Assembly (NCBI GenBank): GCA_963739455.1
Contig: CAVUAK010000001.1
Location: 416,001 to 480,000, forward strand
Origin: an uncultured Gemmatimonadales bacterium
GTDB taxonomy: Bacteria; Gemmatimonadota; Gemmatimonadetes; Gemmatimonadales; GWC2-71-9
DNA: 64,000 nucleotides
Direction: 5' to 3'
Of the stretch, positions 1 to 7,449 are shown piece after piece. The translations under genes were made by a program, and so were the position numbers. Within the stretch, counting starts at the first letter, position 1, and the number at the start of each line of letters is the position of its first letter. Under the pieces are notes generated by a model. That model searched no databases, had not been told where the DNA came from, and saw nothing but the letters and a program-made list of their open reading frames with translations.

Positions 1-6
1 GGAAGC

Positions 7-1158
7 GTGCTGGCCCAGGACGTCGCAAGCCCGCTCGATATTCCGGCCTGGACCAACTCCGCCATGGATGGCTACGCGACGCGCGCCGTCGACGTCCGCG
101 GCGCGTCGGACACGAGCCCTGTTCGCCTCCGGGTGGTCGAGGAGATTCCCGCCGGATACTTCCCATCACGCGCCATCGCGGCGGGAGAGTGCGCCCGCAT
201 CTTCACCGGCGCTCCGCTGCCCGAGGGCTCCGATGGGGTCGTCCGCCAGGAGGATACCGACGAGGGCAGGGACGTTGTCACGATCTTCAAGGACCGGGAC
301 GCCGGTGCCAACCTGCGCCACGTCGGCGAGGACATCCGTCGTGGCACCGTTGTGCTGCAGGGCGGCGCGTCGCTCGGCGCTGCGGAAGTGGGTGTGCTTG
401 CGTCCCTCGCGGTGGCCCACCCGCTCGTGCATCGTCGCCCAAGGGTTGCGATCATGGGCAGCGGCGACGAGATCGTCGATGTCGACCAGCCCGAGGAGAT
501 CCTGAGCGGCAGGAAGGTGGCCAGCTCGAATACCCACACCCTCATCGCCCTCGTTCGTCTTGCCGGTGGCGAGCCAGTCAACCTCGGCGTGGCCCGCGAC
601 ACCCGCGAGAGCTTCCGCGAACACCTGGCGGCAGCGCGCGAAGCCGACCTCCTCGTCACCACGGCCGGGATCAGCGTCGGGGAGCACGACTTCGTCCGCC
701 CGGTGCTCGAGGAAATGGGCGCCACCCAGAAGTTCTGGAAGCTGCGGATGCGGCCCGGCGCACCTGTCGGCTTCGGGCTCCTGGGCGATGTCCCCTGGAT
801 CGGCCTTCCCGGCAACCCGGTCAGTACGATGGTGACCTTCGAGCTCTTCGTCCGCCCCGCCATCCGCAGGATGTGCGGTCACGCCCACCCGTTCCGGCGA
901 AGCGTCCAGGTGACGATGGCCGAACCGGTCACGCTCAAGCCGCGCTTGCAGCACTTCCTCCGCGGCGTCGTGAGTGACGGTCCGGCAGGACCGGAGGCAA
1001 GGCTCACCGGACCCCAGGGATCGGGTATCCTGACATCGATGGTGAAGGCCAACGCACTGCTGGTGATCCCAGAAGGGCAGTTCGAGACGCCCGCGGGCTC
1101 GCAGGTCAGGGCGATCCTGCTCGATGACCCGCGCAATCAGTCGGAGCCGCCCTTCTAG
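7..1158 (+). CDS. moeA: Molybdopterin molybdenumtransferase MoeA (5' end probably outside the window)
   Basis: NSAMDGYA, RIFTGAPLPEG, GDEI, GLPGNPVS and QGSGILTSM motifs. Confidence 0.95.
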   Translation: MLAQDVASPLDIPAWTNSAMDGYATRAVDVRGASDTSPVRLRVVEEIPAGYFPSRAIAAGECARIFTGAPLPEGSDGVVRQEDTDEGRDVVTIFKDRDAGANLRHVGEDIRRGTVVLQGGASLGAAEVGVLASLAVAHPLVHRRPRVAIMGSGDEIVDVDQPEEILSGRKVASSNTHTLIALVRLAGGEPVNLGVARDTRESFREHLAAAREADLLVTTAGISVGEHDFVRPVLEEMGATQKFWKLRMRPGAPVGFGLLGDVPWIGLPGNPVSTMVTFELFVRPAIRRMCGHAHPFRRSVQVTMAEPVTLKPRLQHFLRGVVSDGPAGPEARLTGPQGSGILTSMVKANALLVIPEGQFETPAGSQVRAILLDDPRNQSEPPF

Positions 1159-1222
1159 TCGGAGCCACCCGCCTACCCGCCCTACCCGCCTAACACAAAC
1201 TCCCAAAACCACTTACGGTCAG

Positions 1223-1272
1223 GTGTTTTCTCAGTGATCCCATCGTGACCGCCAGAAAGATCTTGTCCTCCG
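1223..1272 (+). promoter_or_regulatory. Candidate SARP-type box: GTG(T/A) at 11-bp phase plus a putative -10
   Basis: GTGT/GTGA/GTGA at 1223/1234/1245, then GATCTT at 1259; aligns without gaps to 6791-6840. Confidence 0.5.
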
Positions 1273-1329
1273 TTCCTGCGTCGCAACACGGCGGCGCCGT
1301 ACCGAGGCCCAAGACCCTGGAGGTTCCAA

Positions 1330-1728
1330 ATGTTCCGCTCAACCCGCAACACCCTGTTCGCGTCGGTCGTCGCTACCACCCTGTTCCTTGCGGCCTGTGG
1401 GAGCGATGACAATGGCGGTCCGTCCAACCCGACGCCCGAGCCGACCGGCGAGAGCACCTTCCGGATGGTGAACGGGTCATCGATCTCGGCCTGGTACATC
1501 TACGTGCGGAGCTGCGGCGCCAGCAGCTGGGGAACCGATCGCCTCGGCAGCGAGGTCCTGTCGCCCGGCGAGTCGGCGACGCTGCACCTCTCCGCAGGAT
1601 GCTACGACGTACATGCGGTCTCGAGCTCGGAGAACAGCAAGGAAGCGTACTGGATGGGCCACCCGGTATCGGGCGACGTGACGACGATCTCGATCGCGAA
1701 CACCGACTGGGCCGCGCAAGCACAGTAG
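1330..1728 (+). CDS. Small lipoprotein of unknown function
   Basis: GGAGG RBS, signal peptide with LAAC lipobox, Pro-rich linker, two further Cys. Confidence 0.85.
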   Translation: MFRSTRNTLFASVVATTLFLAACGSDDNGGPSNPTPEPTGESTFRMVNGSSISAWYIYVRSCGASSWGTDRLGSEVLSPGESATLHLSAGCYDVHAVSSSENSKEAYWMGHPVSGDVTTISIANTDWAAQAQ

Positions 1729-1796
1729 GCATGGTCGGGCGCGCGGACATGAGGCAGAAGTGGCCGCGCGCCACGCGAGGCGGTATATTTCAGGCT

Positions 1797-1909
1797 CAAG
1801 AAGGGGAGTAGTTCGTCCGCGCAAAAGCGGATGCCGGTATCGTCAAGACTGTCCGCCTCGGCGGGCACGGACCGGCAGGAAGCCCAGTTGGCTTCAGAGC
1901 GAGACCTTC
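1797..1909 (+). ncRNA. yybP-ykoY manganese riboswitch
   Basis: AAGGGGAGTAG (1801), CGTCAAGAC (1841) and GCGAGACCTT (1899) match the family consensus; lies upstream of an operon containing terC. Confidence 0.85.
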
Positions 1910-1954
1910 GTCCACGCTGCAGGGCGGGCGGACGAAGTCTCGCTCTGTTTTTTT
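1895..1954 (+). terminator. Intrinsic terminator (riboswitch expression platform)
   Basis: CAGAGCGAGAC-C-TTCGTCC pairs with GGACGAAGTCTCGCTCTG, followed by T7; overlaps the aptamer 3' strand. Confidence 0.85.
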
Positions 1955-1982
1955 GGCGGCCTCGGCGCCGCAGGAGCCGGAA

Positions 1983-2822
1983 GTGAACAACCTCAGGACC
2001 TTCGTGCTGCTGGCCGGGCTCGTGTCGCTCTGTGTTCTGGCGGGCCAGCTTCTCGGGGGCTCGCAGGGCCTACTACTCGGACTCGCGCTCGGTGGACTCA
2101 TGAGCGTGGGGTCTTACTTCTTTTCCGACCGCCTCGTGCTGCGCATGTACCGCGCGAAGATCGTCACGGCCGAGGAGGCACCGGAGCTCCATGCCATGCT
2201 GGACCGCCTTCGGCAGCGGGCCGGCCTGCCCATGCCCCGGGTGGCCATCACGCCCGACGAGCAGCCGAACGCCTTCGCGACCGGCCGGGGCCCGTCGCAC
2301 GCCGTGGTGGCCGTCACCCGCGGCATCCTCAAGTACATGCCGTCCGACGAACTCGAGGGCGTGCTCGCCCACGAACTCGCGCACGTGAAGAACCGCGACA
2401 TGCTCATTTCCACGGTGGCTGCCGTGATTGCGGGAGCCCTGTCGAACCTCCCGTACATGCTGATGTTCGGTGGCAGTCGCGATGATGACGACACGCACCC
2501 GATGGCACGTCTGGCACTCATGCTGCTGGCACCTGTCGGCGCCGTGATCCTGCAGTTCGCCATCTCGCGCCAGCGCGAGTTCGAGGCCGATCGCGTCGGT
2601 GCCGAGATCATGGGCCGGCCCATGCCGCTCGCCAATGCACTGCGGCGCCTCGACCGGCTGGCGCATGAAATCCCGATGAACATCGCCCCCGCGGCGGCCA
2701 CGCTGGCCATTGTGAACCCGCTCGCCGCCTTCGGTGGCGCGATGTCGTCGTTGTTCAGCACCCATCCGCCCACGGAAGCCCGTGTCGAGCGGCTTGAGGG
2801 GATGGTCCGGTTGCCCGCGTGA
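1983..2822 (+). CDS. htpX: Zinc metalloprotease HtpX (M48)
   Basis: PNAFATGR, HELAH, SRQREFEAD and FSTHPP motifs; GTG start after AGGAG. Confidence 0.95.
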   Translation: MNNLRTFVLLAGLVSLCVLAGQLLGGSQGLLLGLALGGLMSVGSYFFSDRLVLRMYRAKIVTAEEAPELHAMLDRLRQRAGLPMPRVAITPDEQPNAFATGRGPSHAVVAVTRGILKYMPSDELEGVLAHELAHVKNRDMLISTVAAVIAGALSNLPYMLMFGGSRDDDDTHPMARLALMLLAPVGAVILQFAISRQREFEADRVGAEIMGRPMPLANALRRLDRLAHEIPMNIAPAAATLAIVNPLAAFGGAMSSLFSTHPPTEARVERLEGMVRLPA

Positions 2823-3754
2823 TCACGCATTCGCCGGTAGTGTGGATCGGCTTCACTGCCCTGGTCGTGACCCTCCTGGTCATCGACCTGGGGGTGCTGA
2901 ACCGGCGGGGCCATGTCCTCACCGTGAAGGAGGCGTCGGCGTGGAGCGCGGGGCTCGTGGCCCTGGCATGCCTCTTCGGCGGGTTCATCTGGTGGCGCGA
3001 GGGGCCACAGCTCGGCCTCGAGTACTTCACCGGCTACTTGATCGAGCTGTCCCTGTCGGTCGACAACCTCTTCGTGTTCATCCTGATCTTCCAGTACTTC
3101 GGCGTCCCGCCGGTCGCACAGCCCAAGGTGCTCAAGTGGGGCATTCTCGGTGCGATCGCCATGCGCGCCATCATGATCGCGCTGGGCGCCGTGCTGCTCG
3201 CCAGGTACCACTGGATCATCTACATCTTCGGTGCAATCCTGGTGTTCACCGGGGTACGGATGCTCACCGCCGCCGAGGCCGAGATCGAGCCGGAGAAGAA
3301 CCCGCTCGTGCGCGCGGCCCGGAAGCTCCTGCCCATCACGCCGGGGTACGACGGCGACCGCTTCACCTGCGACACAATCACCGGCCAGCGCATCTTCACG
3401 CCGCTGATCCTGGTGGTGCTGGTGGTGGAGTGGAGCGACCTCGTCTTCGCCATCGACAGCATTCCCGCCATCTTCGCGGTCACGAAGGATCCGTTCATCG
3501 TCTACAGCTCGAACGTCTTCGCCATCCTCGGCCTCCGGGCCCTCTTCTTCGTGCTGGCGGGGGCGTTGGACAAGTTCCAGTACCTCAAGGTGGGCGTGGC
3601 GCTCATCCTCGTGTTCATCGGCATCAAGATGGCGGTCAGTGGGTTCTTCGTGCTGCCGACGCCGGTGGCGCTCGGCGTCATCGTGCTGTTGCTGGGAGTG
3701 TCGGTGGCCGCCTCACTCCTCCGGAGCCGGCGGGACGCACTCGCCGGGAGCTGA
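2819..3754 (+). CDS. terC: TerC/Alx family Mn-related membrane protein
   Basis: LSLSVDNLFVF, DLVFAIDSIPAIFA and SNVFAILGLRAL motifs; GTGA overlap with htpX. Confidence 0.92.
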   Translation: MITHSPVVWIGFTALVVTLLVIDLGVLNRRGHVLTVKEASAWSAGLVALACLFGGFIWWREGPQLGLEYFTGYLIELSLSVDNLFVFILIFQYFGVPPVAQPKVLKWGILGAIAMRAIMIALGAVLLARYHWIIYIFGAILVFTGVRMLTAAEAEIEPEKNPLVRAARKLLPITPGYDGDRFTCDTITGQRIFTPLILVVLVVEWSDLVFAIDSIPAIFAVTKDPFIVYSSNVFAILGLRALFFVLAGALDKFQYLKVGVALILVFIGIKMAVSGFFVLPTPVALGVIVLLLGVSVAASLLRSRRDALAGS

Positions 3755-3763
3755 GCACCGTCA

Positions 3764-6709
3764 CTAGTGCGCCATGGCTCGTTCCTTCGCCGCTTCCACG
3801 CGCGGCGCCAGCACCGGGTCGGCGTCCTTCCATCCCTCGGCCACCCGCGTCCAGTGCACGCGGGCACTGTCGGCGTCGCCTGCCGCTTCCCACGCAGTAG
3901 CCAACGCCGCGTGCAACTCTGTTTGCGTCGTGTACAACCCGCCCCCGGCGCGGTACCCCCGAAAGAGCGCCTGCACCACCGGCACCGCCTCGCGAGGACG
4001 CCCTGCTGCTACCAGGACACGCGCGAGGGTGAGGTCGAGCGTCTGCAGTCCGGTGATGGGCGAGTGCGCCACCGAGCGCAGCAGCGCGGCGGACTCATCG
4101 TACTTCCCGCTCGCCTCCAGCTGTAGCGCGCGGACGTACGCCGGCAGTGAGCGTCCGCGCTGCATCGGAGACGCATCCGCCAGTGCCTCGGCCGAGTCGG
4201 CGAGACGACGCAGCATCACGGTGTCGCCTTCGCTGGCATGGACGGTCGCTCGCTGCACCAGCGACCACATCCGCACGCGATCCTTCGTCGGGGGCGTCTC
4301 GCGGGGATCCAGCAGCCGCGTGGTCGAGTCGAACGCGATGATGGCCTCGCGCGGGCGCCCCGACTCGAACAGCGTCTGCCCTGCGAGCAGCGTGCTGCCG
4401 CGCTCATTCAGTCGCTCTGCGGGCGTGCCCGCGAAGGCCGCATGACCGCGCGCAAGCGCCTTGAGGGCCTCGCTGAAGCGTCCCTGCGCCCGGAGTGATA
4501 TCGCGAGCTGGAACGCCGCCTCCCACCGGTCGGTGATGGCGGCATCGGACAGGTGTGCCTCGAGGATCGAGTCGCTGCGGCGATAGTCCTCGGCCCGCAT
4601 CGCGATGACCGACGCGGTGAGGAATTGGGTGGTCCCGTCGAGGCCCCGGCTCGCGGCCTGCGCCAGCGCCGCAGTGGACTCCGGGATCCGGCCCTGCAGC
4701 TGCAGCACGTCGGCCAGCACCGAATAGGGAACCGGCGCGCCTGGCTGGCTCGCGATCCAGCGACGGGCCGTCTTTTCGGCTGCAGGGAGTGAATCGAGCG
4801 AGAGGTAACTGTAGATCAGCGCCCCGTACGCTTCACACGCGAGGCATGCTGCGCTGCTGCCCTTGAGGCCGAGCGAGTCCATGGTGATGACCCGCAGGAA
4901 CATCGGCACCGCCGCCGAGTACTGCTGCGTCCGTACCAGCGCCTGGCCATACCACAGGTGCCCCGCCACCTCGGCGGGATAATTCACCGACAGCGTCTCG
5001 GCCACGGCGCGAAACGATGGGTCGTCCTGGTAGAAGGCCCACGCAGAGCGAATGGTGAGGCCCTCGCGCGCCGGTGCCGAAGAGCTCAGCCGACGGGCGC
5101 GCTCCATCGCATCGAGCAGGCGGGCCAGGTCGGGCTCGGTGCGCGCCAGGTAGAACTGGGCCATGGCGAATGTGGAGTCCTCCTTGACCGCCGACCCGAA
5201 CAGCTGTCGGGCCCCCTCCTTGTCTCCCTTGTAGAACGCCCGCAGCCCGGCCGCATACGCAGTGTATGCAGCCTCGGATCGGGTACTCACGTCCGAGAGT
5301 GACCCCTCCGGCGCGGGGCCCCCCACCAGTGATGCGAGCTCGCGGGTGCCGCTGTCGGCCAGCGCAAAGAGATCCACTCCCGCGATGGCGTGCGCGTCAC
5401 GCACGTTGCCGCTGGCGAGGTCCACTCGCCTCAGGTCAAGACGGAAGCGCCCCGGGGCCACCTCGTACAGCGCGCCGTCGATCACTTCCGATGCCCCGGC
5501 GACGCGCGCGGCACGCGACACCGCCGATGAGGAGGTATCCCCCTCACGGGCAAACTGGGCCACCAGTTCCAGCATGCGGCTCGTGCTCACCACCTCGAGC
5601 CCTGGCACGCGCGCCAGGTTGGTGGCGAGCATGTCGCCCAGCGGTGCCGATCGGTCACCCGAGGCGCCCCTGGTGTAGTCTACGATCCGCCCGACGGCGA
5701 GCACCGGCAAGGCGCCAGGCTTCCGTGATCGCGATGGCGCGTCACGCATGCTGGCCGCAAGCACCAGCGCGGCAACCGCGGCGGCGGCCGCTGCCCACCA
5801 CACCGCTTTCGACTTGGGGCCACTGCCGGCGGACGCGAGGGCTGGTGCGTGGCGCCGGGGCGAGCCGGGCGGTAACGCGACAGCCGCCCACCCCGAGGTG
5901 ACCGTGATCGCACCGGCGTCCTGTCCCTCCACCACGGCGGCAGGCACGGGGACGGGAGTGGGTGCTGGAATGACCCCGTCGGGTACCGCTGGCCGCAGCT
6001 CGCCGCGACGGATACTGTCGGCGAGTGCACCGATGCGCGGATCCGGTGCCACGCCAAGCTCCGCCTCGTAGAACGCCGCGAATATCTCGGACTGACGCAG
6101 TGCCCCCGCCTCGTCACCCGCTGCCGCCTGCGCCCGCATCAGTCCCTCGACACTCCGCGCGTTCAGCGGATCGAGCGCCGCCAGTCGCCGCCACCAGGGA
6201 ACTGCGCCCGCGGGATCCTTCCGCTCCGTTGCCCGTTTCGCGAGCGTCTCCAGCAGTTCGGCGTAGTCGTGCGCCAGTGCCGCGCGCTCCGACTCCATCC
6301 AGCGCTCGAATTCCGGTACTCCCGGGAGGTTGAACCCGCTGAGGAACGGCCCGCCCCAGCGTTCTGCCGCCGCCTCGAACCGCCCGGCCGAGCGCTCCTC
6401 GGTGAACAACCTCACATCCGAGTCGACCAGGGCATTGTCCAGCCGGAGGTCCCGGTTCCCGGTAATCGCGTCCTCGCTGCCAAGGTCCTGCCTGAGGGCG
6501 TACAGCGCCTGGTTGAGGCCCCGCCGGGCCCGCTCTTCGTCCGCTTCGGGCCACAGCATGGCGAGCAGGTTGTCGCGACTGACCCCGCGGTCCCCGGCAC
6601 GGGCGAGCACCGCAAGGATCGCGAGTCGGCGCGGCTGCTGGGCAGCACCCGACAGGGCGCGGACGCCGTCGTACACCACCAATCCGCCGAGCGTCTTGAT
6701 GAGCAGCAC
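3764..6709 (-). CDS. SARP/BTAD-domain regulator with TM helix and C-terminal TPR region (paralog 1)
   Basis: N-terminal winged helix (VSRD..LAMLWPE..LNQALYALR), BTAD (PEFERW, LAALDPL), Pro linker, hydrophobic WWAAAAAAVAALVLAA, TPR-like helices. Confidence 0.85.
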   Translation of the reverse strand: MLLIKTLGGLVVYDGVRALSGAAQQPRRLAILAVLARAGDRGVSRDNLLAMLWPEADEERARRGLNQALYALRQDLGSEDAITGNRDLRLDNALVDSDVRLFTEERSAGRFEAAAERWGGPFLSGFNLPGVPEFERWMESERAALAHDYAELLETLAKRATERKDPAGAVPWWRRLAALDPLNARSVEGLMRAQAAAGDEAGALRQSEIFAAFYEAELGVAPDPRIGALADSIRRGELRPAVPDGVIPAPTPVPVPAAVVEGQDAGAITVTSGWAAVALPPGSPRRHAPALASAGSGPKSKAVWWAAAAAAVAALVLAASMRDAPSRSRKPGALPVLAVGRIVDYTRGASGDRSAPLGDMLATNLARVPGLEVVSTSRMLELVAQFAREGDTSSSAVSRAARVAGASEVIDGALYEVAPGRFRLDLRRVDLASGNVRDAHAIAGVDLFALADSGTRELASLVGGPAPEGSLSDVSTRSEAAYTAYAAGLRAFYKGDKEGARQLFGSAVKEDSTFAMAQFYLARTEPDLARLLDAMERARRLSSSAPAREGLTIRSAWAFYQDDPSFRAVAETLSVNYPAEVAGHLWYGQALVRTQQYSAAVPMFLRVITMDSLGLKGSSAACLACEAYGALIYSYLSLDSLPAAEKTARRWIASQPGAPVPYSVLADVLQLQGRIPESTAALAQAASRGLDGTTQFLTASVIAMRAEDYRRSDSILEAHLSDAAITDRWEAAFQLAISLRAQGRFSEALKALARGHAAFAGTPAERLNERGSTLLAGQTLFESGRPREAIIAFDSTTRLLDPRETPPTKDRVRMWSLVQRATVHASEGDTVMLRRLADSAEALADASPMQRGRSLPAYVRALQLEASGKYDESAALLRSVAHSPITGLQTLDLTLARVLVAAGRPREAVPVVQALFRGYRAGGGLYTTQTELHAALATAWEAAGDADSARVHWTRVAEGWKDADPVLAPRVEAAKERAMAH

Positions 6710-6790
6710 GAAATCAGGAGCCTTTGAGTGGGTCGCGCGAGTGCCTGAACATGCCAGCCAAGTTGTTCAATCGCAAGAATTTGGCGCGAG

Positions 6791-6840
6791 GTGACTTCCG
6801 GGTGATTCGGGTGTGGCTATCGGTCCTAGCTTGTGCTCCG
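6791..6840 (+). promoter_or_regulatory. Candidate SARP-type box, second copy
   Basis: GTGA/GTGA/GTGG at 6791/6802/6813, then TAGCTT at 6827; CTTGTSCTCCG shared with 1262-1272. Confidence 0.5.
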
Positions 6841-6892
6841 AGTCGAGTGGCCAGCCCGGCCACGGCCGCAAACCCGAACGACAGGAGGCACC

Positions 6893-7444
6893 ATGTTCAA
6901 CCTGACCCATTCCGCGATGTGCGCACTGGTCCTGGCCAGCGCCCCATTCTCCGGACCCGACAGTTCCGACTTCGCATTCAGCGTTCGGGGCGGCGTCACC
7001 CTCGTGGCCACGGGAATGGCTCGCTTCGGCGTGGTGAACGGGGACCACCAGAATCCGCCGTTCTTCTCACTGTCGCTGGGCGGTCCCGACGGCAACGGCG
7101 CGCTGATCCTGAGCCGCGCCAAGGCAGAGATGCCGATGGCCGGTCACTACTCGGTCGCGACGTGGGACGCGCGCGACGCGAAGGGCAGCACCTTCCAGGC
7201 GCTCTTCGTGGCCGGTACGCCGAGCCAGCCCGAGGGCGTGTTCTGGGGTGAGTCGGGCACCGTGACGATCCGTCACACCAGCCCTGGCCGCATCGAGGGG
7301 GTGTTCACCATCAAGGCGCGCGGCTTCCGGGCGACCGACCCCGACCGTGAGGACGTGACGGTGACCATCCATGGCACGTTCACCGCAAACGGTGAGCAGG
7401 TCATGGCCCAGGTGACCTCGATGGAACCGGCGAGCTCGATGTGA
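6893..7444 (+). CDS. Hypothetical exported beta-rich protein
   Basis: AGGAGG RBS, signal-peptide-like N-terminus; divergent from BTAD paralog 1. Confidence 0.8.
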   Translation: MFNLTHSAMCALVLASAPFSGPDSSDFAFSVRGGVTLVATGMARFGVVNGDHQNPPFFSLSLGGPDGNGALILSRAKAEMPMAGHYSVATWDARDAKGSTFQALFVAGTPSQPEGVFWGESGTVTIRHTSPGRIEGVFTIKARGFRATDPDREDVTVTIHGTFTANGEQVMAQVTSMEPASSM

Positions 7445-7449
7445 GCAGG

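Noticed and set aside
1139..1170. Direct repeat AGTCGGAGCC around the moeA stop as an att site or target duplication
   Set aside because: Copies are only 18 bp apart and there is no integrase or transposase nearby
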